Below are positions 30,588-41,084 of a stretch of 64,000 nucleotides of DNA, in pieces. The notes below the pieces were generated by a model. It did not search any database and had not been told where the DNA came from. It was given only the letters and a program-made list of their open reading frames with translations. The stretch spans positions 320,001-384,000 of the forward strand of contig CAVYES010000005.1 of assembly GCA_963767735.1 (NCBI GenBank). The letters are read 5' to 3'. This DNA is from Candidatus Bathyarchaeota archaeon. Lineage in GTDB: Archaea > Thermoproteota > Bathyarchaeia > Bathyarchaeales > Bathycorpusculaceae. Position numbers and translations under genes: made by a program. Numbering within the stretch: the first letter of the stretch is position 1; the number at the start of each line of letters is the position of its first letter.

Positions 30588-31850
30588 TTGGAGAAAAGTT
30601 ATATGCTGGAGGCTAAACCAATTCTTGTGAAGAATTTAAAGAAAATCTCATCGGTCTCAATTCTTGCATTAATTCTTGTTTTGTCAGCTGGCAACCTGGT
30701 TCATGCTGAAGTAACCTCCACGATACCTCTGGGAACACTTCCTCAAGGGTTGGCTTATGACTCCGCCAAAGGAGAAATTTTTGTAGCCAATCCAGCGGTC
30801 AACGCGGTTTCGGTCATATCGGATTCCACTAACGCTGTCGTTGCAACTATTAATGTGGGGTCCGATCCCAACGAAGTGGCTTATGACTCCGGTAAAGGAG
30901 AAATCTTCGTAACAAATGGCTTGGGCAGCTCGGTTTCAGTCATAGTAGATTCAAATAATACTGTGGTTGCAACGGTGGCGGTGGGAAACTACCCTTCAAC
31001 CATAGCTTATGACTCTGGCAAGGGCGAGATCTTTGTAGCTTGCTCTGGTAACTTGGTCTCGATAATATCGGATTCAAATAACACTGTGGTTGCAACGGTG
31101 GCAGTGGGAAATGACCCACAGGGTATGGTTTATGATTTTGGTAAGGGTGAAATGTTCGTAACTAATGTGGGTGACAACACTGTTTCAGTCATATCCGATA
31201 GCAGTAACGCGGTAGTGGCAACCGTTGACATGGTACCTCAACCTAATTTAGACAGCTCGCTCACCCAAGCATGTTCAGCCGCCTATGACCCCGAAAAAGG
31301 GGAAATCTACGTAGCGATAACCGATTCACAGACGGTCTCAGTCATTTCAGATAGCACTGACGCCGTCATAAAAAATATTTCAGTTACCATACCACAGGAC
31401 ATCATATATGGTTCTGGGACAACCGATCTTTTCGTTTTAAACCGCGGCTCTCCGGATGTTTCTGGGCTTATTTCAGTTATATCGGATAATAGCAATACCG
31501 TGGTTGCAACTGTGGATTTGCAAGGGTTTGCTGGCGAGATAGCTTATGATTCTGGCACAAACGAGATTTTTGTATCAAATGCTAACAATACCACCGTATC
31601 AGTTATACCGCTTTCTTCTATAACGTTCACGTCTCCCAGCCCAACGCCTCCTCCGTCACCAAGCCCAACCACGTCTGCTTCCCCAAGTCCAGCTACGTCT
31701 GTTTCTCCTAGCCCAACTGTACCGGAGTTCAGTAGTGCTGGACTGATTTTAGTGGTGATAGCTGTGGTGACTCTAGCCTTCGCTGCGGTCGCATTGGCAA
31801 CCAAAAAATCAACCCGAACTAATTCTGGTTCAATGCAGAAAACGAAGTAA
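30588..31850 (+). CDS. Second YVTN/YncE beta-propeller surface protein with PEF-CTERM-like signal
   Basis: Same repeats, Pro/Ser/Thr linker, PTVPEF + TM; paralog of 29014-30210; start may lie slightly downstream. Confidence 0.9.
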   Translation: MEKSYMLEAKPILVKNLKKISSVSILALILVLSAGNLVHAEVTSTIPLGTLPQGLAYDSAKGEIFVANPAVNAVSVISDSTNAVVATINVGSDPNEVAYDSGKGEIFVTNGLGSSVSVIVDSNNTVVATVAVGNYPSTIAYDSGKGEIFVACSGNLVSIISDSNNTVVATVAVGNDPQGMVYDFGKGEMFVTNVGDNTVSVISDSSNAVVATVDMVPQPNLDSSLTQACSAAYDPEKGEIYVAITDSQTVSVISDSTDAVIKNISVTIPQDIIYGSGTTDLFVLNRGSPDVSGLISVISDNSNTVVATVDLQGFAGEIAYDSGTNEIFVSNANNTTVSVIPLSSITFTSPSPTPPPSPSPTTSASPSPATSVSPSPTVPEFSSAGLILVVIAVVTLAFAAVALATKKSTRTNSGSMQKTK

Positions 31851-31971
31851 GGCTAAACCTGCTTCAACTGCTATAATCATCGTTGGTGCAGGGGGCTTCC
31901 AACGTTATAACTGGATCTTTAGAAAATAATTATGGTGACTGCCTTCTATTTTTCAGGGCAGCCAGTTCACT

Positions 31972-32805
31972 TTATGTTGTTTTGGTTTGTGGTATTAGTT
32001 TTATCTGGTAGAGGTTTGGCCAGTCCTTGCCTGTTACGTAGAGTCTGTTGTTTTGTTGGTCGTATGCTATGCCGTTTAGTACGGCGTTTTGGTTTGGATT
32101 ATTTGAGTCTGGTAGGTCTGCGAGGTTTATCCACGCTTTAACTTGTCCATTTTGCGGGTTGATTATGGCGATTGTATTTGTCATCCAGATGTTGGCGTAA
32201 ACTTCACCATTGATGTAATCCAGCGAGTTGATGTTCAATACAGATGTGTTTCCGTTGTGAACTTGGATTTCTCCTGTCTGCTGAAGCGTTGCTGGATTCA
32301 AGAAGTAGAGGTGGTCGGTGCCGTCGCTCATAATCAGGTTTTTGCCGTCAAATGTTAAGCCCCAGCCCTGCGTGGGATAAGAAAAATTTCCCAGCAACGC
32401 AAACGTGGTTTTGTTGTAGATGAAGCCTATGTTTGACTGCCACGTTAACTGTATGATGGTGTCGTTGACGATGGCTATGCCTTCCCCGAAATACTGAGTC
32501 GGCAACGTAACCTCCTGCAGCACCTCGCCTGTAGTTAAGTTCTCACGCCGCAGAGTTGAAGCACCATTAAAGCTGCCTGAACTCTCGTAGAGAAAACCAT
32601 TCGAGTACACAAGCCCCTCCGTGAAGGCATTTGTATCATGCGGATACGTGTTAACTATACTGCAAGTGTACTGTGTCACAGCGGAGTTGGCTGAACCGTT
32701 ACTGCTGTCGAAGATGACAATTAGGGAAGCGCTCAAAACAATTACGATAACCACGAGCAAGATTGCTATTACTAATGGCTTCTTCATTGTAATTTCAATA
32801 AACAT
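31972..32805 (-). CDS. Glutaminyl-peptide cyclotransferase (bacterial/plant type), N-terminally anchored
   Basis: YPHD..AFTEGL, YFGEGI, QGWGLT, MSDGT, VLNGIAYD, VTGKDWP. Confidence 0.93.
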   Translation of the reverse strand: MFIEITMKKPLVIAILLVVIVIVLSASLIVIFDSSNGSANSAVTQYTCSIVNTYPHDTNAFTEGLVYSNGFLYESSGSFNGASTLRRENLTTGEVLQEVTLPTQYFGEGIAIVNDTIIQLTWQSNIGFIYNKTTFALLGNFSYPTQGWGLTFDGKNLIMSDGTDHLYFLNPATLQQTGEIQVHNGNTSVLNINSLDYINGEVYANIWMTNTIAIINPQNGQVKAWINLADLPDSNNPNQNAVLNGIAYDQQNNRLYVTGKDWPNLYQIKLIPQTKTT

Positions 32806-32960
32806 TTCCCTTTAATATGCGAAACGGACAAAGCCGCCCATTTTTGCCTTGTAAACCCCGAGTTGAACAGCATAGTTTTGTTTATCTAATTGGGAAAATA
32901 GACTTAAGCCTTCTTTGGATTAAAAGCAAGAAAAAACCCGTTAGGACGGAGAAATAAAAG

Positions 32961-33555
32961 ATGCAATGTCCCACATGTGGAAAGGAAAATGCTGAGGAAA
33001 ACATTTACTGCAACTGGTGCGGAAACAAAATGACGGGCTCAACCCAAAGCCAGTCTGCTGCGCAAAGCCCTCAAAATCAGGTTGTTTCTCAAAACACGCC
33101 TGTAAACCAGTCTTCGTCTGGCGTTGAAGACGAAGTTAGGGCCGTTATTATTAAGAGGTTTGATGCCATAAAGAATAAAGATGAAAAAGCAGTTACGGCG
33201 CTTTTGGATGAGAGCTACAGTAAATTTGACGATTGGCCTCCTTACCAAATACAGCAGCGTGCACAAGCCCTGCAGAACGAGTTCACCGCGTTCAAGGTGC
33301 TCTCCAACTATACATACGAAATCAAAGATTTCAAAGCCACCGTACTGGGCGAGGCAGCCTTAAGCCACCTTCACCATAAACTACAAAGCAACCATGAGAA
33401 ACCAACAGTTCGACGTAACTTCACGCGTAACCGCCGTACTGAAAAAACAAGACTCATCTTGGAAACTAGTCCATGAGCACCTATCCCGTTTCCCCGCAGA
33501 AAGACATCCAGACCAGCAGCGGCAACCCGGACATCGCAGGGGATTCCCTTTTTAG
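32961..33555 (+). pseudogene. Zinc-ribbon + NTF2/SnoaL-like (DUF4440) protein, frameshifted
   Basis: CPTCG..CNWCG; after one extra base near 33363 the frame continues ATFTINY...WKLVHEHLS to TAG at 33555. Confidence 0.8.
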
Positions 33556-33723
33556 CCAAAGCTCTTCCCGTTTCGAATTAGCGTTCTAAGATGCAACACA
33601 ACACCTCCCTCAGATGGGTCACTTTGCTTGTTCTTGGAACGCGTTTCAGCAGATTTATGAACCGTTGCTTTTGCGGGTGAAAATCTGAAATGTTTAAATA
33701 AAAAATGCTTTATAATTTTGGGC

Positions 33724-34482
33724 ATGAGCTCTAAAAGAAACAGCAAAGTTAAAACTTACAATCCTAAAACGCGTGGCAAAAACCGAAAACTGATCGCAGT
33801 AGCAATTATAGCCGTCCTCGCCATCGCAATTGCCGCTTACGTTGTGATTGATCAAAACGGCTCGCATAAGCCAAGTTCTAATCAAGTGGCAAACACCCCT
33901 TCGCCATCTCCAACTTCCACTGCAAGCAGTCCATCTCCAACTCCCACTTCGACTAGTTCGTACCCATCTGTGACTCCGCTGACTTCCCCAGCAGGCGAAT
34001 ACAGTGCAAGCAGCATCAAGGTTCTCTTCATAACTTCCATGGGTGACATAGTTATCCAGATGAGAAATGACAAACCAATAACCACAGCCAACTTTGTAAA
34101 TCTTGTTAAGGAAGGATACTACAACAACACCATCTTCCATAGGGTTATCGCTGGCTTCATGATTCAAGGCGGAGAAGGCAAAACCTCTGAACCCACTATT
34201 AAAGACGAAATAGGCAACGACAACGTCAACAAAGACATGACCATCGCCATGGCAAAAACGGGAGCGCCAAACTCAGCAAGCACCCAATTCTTCATCAACG
34301 TAGCAGATAACAGCAGCCCAAGCTTTGATGCTTCATACACCGTCTTTGGTCAAGTAATATATGGTCAAAACGTTGTAATGGCAATTTCACAAGTGCATGT
34401 GGAAGCAAATCCAGCTTACAACGGCGAGGTTTCTGAACCAATAACACCCGTGACCTTAATCGGCGCAGTAGTCATGCCATAG
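33724..34482 (+). CDS. Membrane-anchored cyclophilin-type PPIase
   Basis: IFHRVIAGFMIQGG, AMAKT, STQFFIN, YTVFGQV; N-terminal TM and PT linker. Confidence 0.93.
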   Translation: MSSKRNSKVKTYNPKTRGKNRKLIAVAIIAVLAIAIAAYVVIDQNGSHKPSSNQVANTPSPSPTSTASSPSPTPTSTSSYPSVTPLTSPAGEYSASSIKVLFITSMGDIVIQMRNDKPITTANFVNLVKEGYYNNTIFHRVIAGFMIQGGEGKTSEPTIKDEIGNDNVNKDMTIAMAKTGAPNSASTQFFINVADNSSPSFDASYTVFGQVIYGQNVVMAISQVHVEANPAYNGEVSEPITPVTLIGAVVMP

Positions 34483-34709
34483 CTCCCCATCAACCACCAT
34501 TCTTTTGTTTGTACTCAATTGTCTGTTCAAATCGTTTTTGTATTGTTGTCTCTTAAAAGTTTACGTGGAAAGCAATTCCTTGATAGCTTGATACATTATG
34601 CTTCTTAATTTTCGGGTTTACGGTATGCGGTCACGGTGAATTTGGCTTCCATTGCTCTCCGATAAACATAAAAACATAAGTTTACTTCTTGTTAAGCGGT
34701 GATTTGTTT

Positions 34710-35039
34710 TTGAAGAAATTTATGATTTTGTATATGGCACCAGCTTCCGTGATGGAAGCTCAAATGAAAATGAGTCCTGAAGATATGAAGAAAGGGATGG
34801 AGCCTTGGCTTGCTTGGTTTAAGAGATGCGAGAAATCGATAGTTGATAACGGCAACATGTTGGGAAACGGGATGCATTTTACTAAGACGGGCAGTTCTAA
34901 AGGGCAAACAGAAGTGACAGGCTACTCTATTGTTCAAGCAAAAGACATGGATGCTGTAAAAGCAATAATCGCCGACCACCCGCATTTCATGATGCCAAAA
35001 GCAACCATCGAAATCCTCGAAATAATACCCATGATGTAA
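34710..35039 (+). CDS. YCII-related hypothetical protein
   Basis: KKFMILY..WLAWF..GYSIVQAKD..DHPH pattern. Confidence 0.7.
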   Translation: MKKFMILYMAPASVMEAQMKMSPEDMKKGMEPWLAWFKRCEKSIVDNGNMLGNGMHFTKTGSSKGQTEVTGYSIVQAKDMDAVKAIIADHPHFMMPKATIEILEIIPMM

Positions 35040-35131
35040 AGCAGCATACTACAAAATAGATCCGTGAGAATTTTTTTTTAAATTTTTTTGAATGGCCAAG
35101 CAATAGCGTCTATGCGCCTTTGATATAGCGG

Positions 35132-35326
35132 TTACCTGCTCGACGGATTTTCTGCACGCTCGTTTGCCTTTTCGAGAAACCGCCTGATCAAGTCTAAGTC
35201 TGCTTGGACGGTTTCCATTTGTCGGCATCGGGTCAAAAGCGTCCTGTAACCGTCGAGCTTTTCGCCTTTCTTTAGGTACCTTTTGGCTATGTGCCTTTCG
35301 CTTTCGGTCAGGATGTACTTTCGCAT
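35132..35326 (-). CDS. Small basic hypothetical protein (possible DNA-binding)
   Basis: 64-aa ORF MRKYILTESER...; palindrome TACTAT-T-ATAGTA upstream. Confidence 0.55.
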   Translation of the reverse strand: MRKYILTESERHIAKRYLKKGEKLDGYRTLLTRCRQMETVQADLDLIRRFLEKANERAENPSSR

Positions 35327-35659
35327 ATTATTTGCCTTGGATCAGTTTGAAAGAAGTGGAATAATAATGTTACTATTGTGGTAATACTATTATAGTAGCA
35401 TTTTTGCTCTGAAAATCTCCAGCGGAAACGTTGGGGTGTTCATTAACCCACATACAGCTACCATTGCAGTAGCAATGAAAAGTGCGGATCCGTTATCTGC
35501 AAAGAGGATGATTTCAGCGAGAGTAGCTCCCTTGAAGAAGAATCTTGACAACTCATCTAGGCAAGCTTTGAATCTGCCAGCAACTTCACTAGCAAAAAGC
35601 TCTTTAGAAAATGAAAGAAACCGCCAAAACATCGCAAAAATGTCCGAAATTTACTCTAC

Positions 35660-35678
35660 TGGACGGGGGGATTTGAAC
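35660..35678 (-). repeat. Degenerate copy of the tRNA-Ala 3' end (att-like)
   Basis: tggac-ggggggatttgaac versus tggactgggggggatttgaac at 44335. Confidence 0.75.
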
Positions 35679-35686
35679 TCTCAGCA

Positions 35687-35792
35687 AAGTGGAGATGTCA
35701 CCCGCGATTTCCTTTTTTTTCTAAATTTTTGTTACTGAAAACCGTTTGAACTACGTTTGAGGGAACATACCCTAAGTGGTGGTGTCTCCCGC
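35687..35792 (+). repeat. Pair of 19-bp motifs AAGTGGnGrTGTCwCCCGC (35687-35705, 35774-35792)
   Basis: Same motif also at 40697, 40786, 57158, 58655; each followed by CC(C) and a T-tract. Confidence 0.85.
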
Positions 35793-35849
35793 ATAATCCC
35801 CTCTTTTTCTTTTTTATGTTCCCAATTTTCTCCGAAGTTTTTGTCTCTT

Positions 35850-37280
35850 CAGTAGATGGAAAAGTAGCTTAAGGGTTTGATATTAGTATTTTAGTGCAAA
35901 CAATTGAGATCTTGCGCTCAGACGATAAAGCGTAAATCAAAAGAACGAAAAGTTTCAAGCAAAGTCTTCAAGTTCACAGCCAACCTGCTCAACAACTACC
36001 TGCAGTTTCCAGCAGCCAAAAACAGCCTCTACACCAGCAGTCATATCAACCAATGTCTAATCCAACTCTCGCTCTCCCAAAGCTACGCTGAAGGCGGCTT
36101 ATTAGACCTCTCAGAAAAATGCGCTATGCCAAACAAGGTTCCCACGGGAAGAACCTTCAGAGGAAGAATAGAGCGTTTAGCTGAGAAGCAGATTCGAGAC
36201 TCACTTATAGAAGCAAACGATCAGGTTCTACTCATCCTACGATGCTATAGCATCTTCAGACGCAAAGCAGTGGTTGCAATTGATTATACCAGGCAACCGT
36301 TCTACGGAAACCCAGACGCTAAGAATGTGATAGGCGGCAAACAGGAGAGAGGAACAAATTGGGGCTACACGTATGCCAGCATGGATATTGTTGAAGCCGG
36401 AAGACGATTAGCAATCTACTCTATTACCGTAAACCAGTTCAGCGAGAAAGCACAGGTTGTAGAGAAACTACTCTTTGAAGCAAAGGCAAGAGGGGTACAC
36501 ATCAGTATAGTGCTGCTTGACCGCGCATTCTTCACAGTAGACGTCATTACTATGCTCAAGAGTTTAGGCGTCTATTTCATCATTCCAGCGGTTAAGAATG
36601 GCACAGTCAAAGAAGCAATGATGAACTATGACCAGAAGCAGCGAGCCAAACGTTTCACTTTGGGCAATAAAAGAAAAAGCGTCAGCTTCACTCTCTACAT
36701 CTATAAACGACCAGCAGGGCAGTTGCCGAAAAAGAAGAAGCTTACTGTTTGTGATCTCTATTTTGGTTTTGCAACGAATCTTCCAAGGTCTTTGGCTCTT
36801 GCGTTGCCGTCGTCTATTCCTTCTGAGTACAGGCGGAGGTGGGGTATTGAGACTGGTTATCGTGTGCAGGATAATGCTCAGGCTAAAACTACAAGCACCA
36901 ACTACAAGCTTAGGCTGCTCTACCAGATGGCTTCTGTGCTGCTCTACAATGTTTGGCATTACGCTAACTTTCTGCTCTGCAGGGCTTTGAAGAAGGCGTT
37001 TGATAGGCCAGTTTTGACGTTGACGCGGTTGGCTGTGCATTTTGAAGGCTTTGTTATTGGCGGGTTAGGGCCACCTCGACGGTAAGCATTCTCAGATGCA
37101 GTTCGAGGGACTCGATCGCGTAGATCAGACCCTAAACTCCGCCACTTTCTCAACTATTCAAGCCTTCAGGATATAAAACTGTTCAATGAAAAAGCTTGCT
37201 TAGAACGCTCCGATCGAGGAATTGTTATGATTACGATGTGAATGAAGCATCAGAATCATAAACTACTTTTCCATCTACTG
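35850..37280 (+). mobile_element. ISH3-family (IS4-like) insertion sequence, 1431 bp
   Basis: TIRs CAGTAGATGGAAAAGTAG / CTACTTTTCCATCTACTG; 5-bp TSD CTCTT (35845-49, 37281-85); empty site seen at 40856. Confidence 0.95.
35904..37085 (+). CDS. ISH3-family DDE transposase
   Basis: AIDYT, LLDRAF, YRRRWGIETGYR. Confidence 0.93.
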   Translation: MRSCAQTIKRKSKERKVSSKVFKFTANLLNNYLQFPAAKNSLYTSSHINQCLIQLSLSQSYAEGGLLDLSEKCAMPNKVPTGRTFRGRIERLAEKQIRDSLIEANDQVLLILRCYSIFRRKAVVAIDYTRQPFYGNPDAKNVIGGKQERGTNWGYTYASMDIVEAGRRLAIYSITVNQFSEKAQVVEKLLFEAKARGVHISIVLLDRAFFTVDVITMLKSLGVYFIIPAVKNGTVKEAMMNYDQKQRAKRFTLGNKRKSVSFTLYIYKRPAGQLPKKKKLTVCDLYFGFATNLPRSLALALPSSIPSEYRRRWGIETGYRVQDNAQAKTTSTNYKLRLLYQMASVLLYNVWHYANFLLCRALKKAFDRPVLTLTRLAVHFEGFVIGGLGPPRR

Positions 37281-37508
37281 CTCTTTGAGCTAAATTTATA
37301 TAAATTAGTTATTTATTATAAGATAGACTAATTTTTGTAATAAAATAAGCGAAAATGCCACTATTTACCCAAGTTTTATAAGGAAGTTGGCAAGATATGG
37401 GGCTTTCGGGTAAGAAACATGAATGCTATAAATGCTCTCGCCCAAAAAAGAGTTTTTTTATGTATTTATGCTTCTTGCTAAAAAAAATAAAATTGAAGGA
37501 AAAGAAAA
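37281..37508 (+). promoter_or_regulatory. Promoter/leader region nearly identical to 40856-41084
   Basis: Direct comparison; TATA-like TTTATAAG and CTATAAAT. Confidence 0.75.
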
Positions 37509-40430
37509 ATGCAAAATATAAAAGGTAAAACTTTGGCTATTTTGATTGCAGCAATTTTAACAATTTCCATAGGAGCTTCAACAGCATTAATGCCGAGCGC
37601 TAGTGCACATACACCTGCATGGCAAATTCCAACTTTCGCCTACATTTTTGCGGAACCTAACCCTATTGGCGTCGGTCAGACAATACAAGTTTACATGTGG
37701 CTTGACCCTGTTTATGGAGCGGCTGGCGGAACAGTTGCAACTGTTGGCACTAATGGTTACACCGCCAGTACAGCATTGCTAGCAAACGACTATAGATTCG
37801 ATAACTACAAGCTTACCATCACAGCGCCCAGCGGTGCAGTCTCAACAGAGACTTGGGCTGTAGTAACAGATCCAACCTCAGCACAGGAAACGTCATTTAC
37901 CCCCAGCGCCGCCGGCACGTACAATTTCACCTTTAGCTTTCCGGGACAGACCTACGGAGTAAATGGTGACGGTTTTGCAGGTTCACCTCTGATTAACGAT
38001 ACATATCTGCCAAGCAGTGCATCAACAACGCTTACTGTTCAGTCATCGCCGATTCCTGCGGCTGTAGGTAGTTCTCCGCTTCCAACTGTTTATTGGCAAA
38101 GCCCTGTTTACGGTGAGAACACTAACTGGTATTCGATTACGTCAAACTGGCTAGGTACAGGTTCACCGGTTCCAGCAGGGTATACTAGCGACACACTGTA
38201 CCATGGTGACAACCTAGGACCTCTGACTTCTCATATCATGTGGACAGGCCAACTTCAAGACGGAGGAGTTGTTGGAGGAAACTATTTTGCTAATGATCAG
38301 GGCGTCGGCTTCTTCGAGGGTTCTTCATACCAGCCAAGATTCGGCAATCCGATACTAATTGACGGATACCTATACTACACAGAACCAGCAGCATTCACAG
38401 GTTCCACAAGTGGACCAACAGTCTGCGTTAACCTGCAAACAGGGCAACAAATTTGGAGCAGCACTACCATACCTGCACTATCATTCGGTTACGAATATGA
38501 CCTATGGGACCCCGACCAGCACGGATCTTTTCCACCAATCTTAGTCGCAGCCAATTCAATTACAGGCAACTGGCAACTTTATGATGCATACACAGGAGAC
38601 GCATTGTTCAACGTAACTGGTGTTCCGTCAGGCTCGGCGACAATGGGTCCAAGCGGTGAAGTGTTGAGATATGTCTTTAACAACGCAGGCACAGTCGCAA
38701 ATCCACATTGGTATTTGGCTGAGTGGAACATGTCCAAACTATGGCAGTACGATATAATCCCATATACCGGCGCTGGAAGCACATCACCAGACCCTATAAA
38801 TGCAACAAACGGAGTTCTCATTCCAACGCTGCCTATTCCAATTCAAGGCGAGTATGGTACCGCTCCAAATGGAGCAAGTGTTCTTGTTCCCTACGGTTCG
38901 ACAATAACAGTCAACGCTAACATTCCTATTGACGACACTGCCCTTGCCCCTGGAACGACAACGCCTATCGGACAAATCAATGGTGATTCTTTAACTACTT
39001 ATGACTGGAACGTCTCGGTACCTTGGGTAAATACTATGCCTCCGCCATATTCCACTGTTGGCGTCACAGGACAATTAATACCTCCAGCTCCGGGAGCAAA
39101 TCCAGTAACGGTAGAGTTTGTTAATTATGGCGATGTCATGCTTTGCATAAATGGTTCCCTACCTACTGGTTTCGACAGGACCTATTCTGGCTATCCAGAG
39201 CTTCCATGGACAATGTTTACTGTCAACCTCAACGCATCTATGGGCGCAATCGGTTCGGTACTGTGGATGCAGACCTATAATCCGCCATTAGGCAACCTTA
39301 CTGTTCTGTGTGACGGAGCCGACTTCCAAACTCGTGTGTTTGTTTTGAGTTATGAGGAAACTATGCAATGGGTAGGATACAGTCTGACAACGGGTGCACT
39401 GCTATGGGGTCCAACTACTTCCTTACCTAACGACTTCAATTATTATAGTACATCATATACTTATGCAAGTAACCTGGCTTACGGCAACATCTACTTCATG
39501 GGGTATGCAGGAGTACTTTACTGCTTTAGCGATTTGACTGGAAAAATACAGTGGACCTACGGTAACGGTCCAATGGGGTCCGACAACAGTACTAACGCCG
39601 GCTTTAACACGCCTTACGGTGATTATCCAACCAACATAGAATCCGTTGCTGATGGAGTAGTATACATATCTACGGAAATGCACACTATCAGCGACCCGAT
39701 TTACAAGGGCTGTACAGCAGCCGCTATTAACGCTACCAACGGACAACTAATCTGGGGTCTTTCCGATTACTGCAGCGAGTGGACCGCCCCAGGCAGTTCT
39801 TGGGTTGTCGCAGATGGCTATGCAACATTCATGAACGGTTACAACAACCAAATCTACAGTGTCGGCAGAGGACCCAGCGCAACCACAATACAAGCACCAC
39901 AGACTACTGTCACAGCAGGGACCAACGTGGTAATCCAAGGTACAGTGATGGATAAGTCCGCTGGCACGCAGCAGAGCCAACAGTTAGCTGACTTTCCAAA
40001 CGGGGTTCCATGTGCATCAGATGCAAGCATGCAGGCTTGGATGGGCTACGTTTACCAGCAGCAACCAGAGCCAACCAACTTCACAGGCGTAACAGTAACA
40101 TTGACCGCTATTGATCCAAACGGCAACTTCGTAACTCTCGGCACAGCTACAACTGATTCAAGCGGCTTATACCACTACACTTGGACCCCTCCGAGTATTC
40201 CAGGAAACTACCTCGTCACAGCAACATTCGCTGGCACCAACGGCTATTGGGGATCAAGGGCTGAAACTGCCATGACAGTACAAGGAGCAACTTCTGCTAC
40301 TGCGGTGCCTACAGCTACTCCGGCTTCTGTCGCTAATGTGTACTTTGTTCCTGCAATCGCTGGCTTATTCGTTTTAATCATCATAGTCCTTGCCTTAGTG
40401 ATCTTAATGATGCTCAGGAAACGACCATAA
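37509..40430 (+). CDS. Large secreted surface protein with PQQ-like beta-propeller repeats, Ig-like C-terminal domain and TM anchor (paralog 1)
   Basis: Signal peptide, VNLQTGQQIWS / INATNGQLIW propeller repeats, DPNGN..ATFAGTNGYW, TM + RKRP. Confidence 0.85.
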   Translation: MQNIKGKTLAILIAAILTISIGASTALMPSASAHTPAWQIPTFAYIFAEPNPIGVGQTIQVYMWLDPVYGAAGGTVATVGTNGYTASTALLANDYRFDNYKLTITAPSGAVSTETWAVVTDPTSAQETSFTPSAAGTYNFTFSFPGQTYGVNGDGFAGSPLINDTYLPSSASTTLTVQSSPIPAAVGSSPLPTVYWQSPVYGENTNWYSITSNWLGTGSPVPAGYTSDTLYHGDNLGPLTSHIMWTGQLQDGGVVGGNYFANDQGVGFFEGSSYQPRFGNPILIDGYLYYTEPAAFTGSTSGPTVCVNLQTGQQIWSSTTIPALSFGYEYDLWDPDQHGSFPPILVAANSITGNWQLYDAYTGDALFNVTGVPSGSATMGPSGEVLRYVFNNAGTVANPHWYLAEWNMSKLWQYDIIPYTGAGSTSPDPINATNGVLIPTLPIPIQGEYGTAPNGASVLVPYGSTITVNANIPIDDTALAPGTTTPIGQINGDSLTTYDWNVSVPWVNTMPPPYSTVGVTGQLIPPAPGANPVTVEFVNYGDVMLCINGSLPTGFDRTYSGYPELPWTMFTVNLNASMGAIGSVLWMQTYNPPLGNLTVLCDGADFQTRVFVLSYEETMQWVGYSLTTGALLWGPTTSLPNDFNYYSTSYTYASNLAYGNIYFMGYAGVLYCFSDLTGKIQWTYGNGPMGSDNSTNAGFNTPYGDYPTNIESVADGVVYISTEMHTISDPIYKGCTAAAINATNGQLIWGLSDYCSEWTAPGSSWVVADGYATFMNGYNNQIYSVGRGPSATTIQAPQTTVTAGTNVVIQGTVMDKSAGTQQSQQLADFPNGVPCASDASMQAWMGYVYQQQPEPTNFTGVTVTLTAIDPNGNFVTLGTATTDSSGLYHYTWTPPSIPGNYLVTATFAGTNGYWGSRAETAMTVQGATSATAVPTATPASVANVYFVPAIAGLFVLIIIVLALVILMMLRKRP

Positions 40431-40494
40431 AAAGGATTAACAACCACAATCTCTCTTTCCCCTTTTTTTGTCTTAAAAGCACGTTGAAACATGA

Positions 40495-40600
40495 GGGCTG
40501 AGAAGGCTCTGGTTAATCACGATTTACGCTCTTGCTCAGTATCGTGGTGGCGCATTTGCATTTGCCTTCTTTTCTCCTTTAAAAGTTCCAGAGCCTCAAA
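40495..40600 (+). other. Conserved structured non-coding element (copy 1)
   Basis: AGGCTCTGG/CCAGAGCCT closing stem, ATCACGAT/ATCGTGGT hairpin; homologous to 44155-44255. Confidence 0.6.
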
Positions 40601-40667
40601 AACCCCCAATTTATCTGATGCCATCAATCACTAATTGTTTTTTTAAAAAAAAAGTTTGATCTTCAAA

Positions 40668-40693
40668 TGGACTGGGGGGGATTTGAACCCCCG
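40668..40693 (-). repeat. Perfect 26-bp copy of the tRNA-Ala 3' end (att-like)
   Basis: tggactgggggggatttgaacccccg identical to 44335-44360. Confidence 0.95.
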
Positions 40694-40696
40694 CCA

Positions 40697-40804
40697 AAGT
40701 GGAGATGTCACCCGCAAAACCCTCTTTTTTCTAAATTTTAGTTACTAAAAAATCATTTGATCTACTGTTCGGTGGAACATACCCTAAGTGGTGATGTCTC
40801 CCGC
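40697..40804 (+). repeat. Second pair of 19-bp motifs (40697-40715, 40786-40804)
   Basis: aagtggagatgtcacccgc and aagtggtgatgtctcccgc. Confidence 0.85.
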
Positions 40805-41084
40805 GCAATCCCTCTTTTTCTTTTTCATGTTCCCAATTTTCTCCGAAGTTTTTATCTCTTTGAGCTAAATTTACATAAATTAGCTATATTCATAAAAATG
40901 AACTAATTTTTGTAATAAAATAAGCGTAAATGCCACTATTCACCTAAGTTTTATAAGGAAGTTGGCAACATATGGGGCTTTCGGGTAAGAAACATGAATG
41001 CTATAAATGCTCTCGCCCAAAAAAGAGTTTTTTTTATGGATTTATGCTTCTTGCTAAAAAAAATAAAATTGAAGGAAAAGAAAA

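Noticed and set aside
35390-35738. ORFs on both strands as an SSV-type int(N) fragment
   Set aside because: The + ORF reads through the att copy, but no integrase features are recognisable; left uncalled.
40495-40600. TPP riboswitch or HDV-like/theta ribozyme
   Set aside because: GGCTGAGA and CTGGTTAAT recall TPP, but the ACCC/AACCTGA core is missing and the element lies downstream of the gene. The P1/P2 topology resembles HDV, but the P3-P1 spacing and P1.1/J4-2 residues do not fit.
35687-40804. 19-bp motif pairs as a CRISPR array
   Set aside because: Only two copies per site, ~70-bp conserved (not unique) spacers, and no cas genes in the window.
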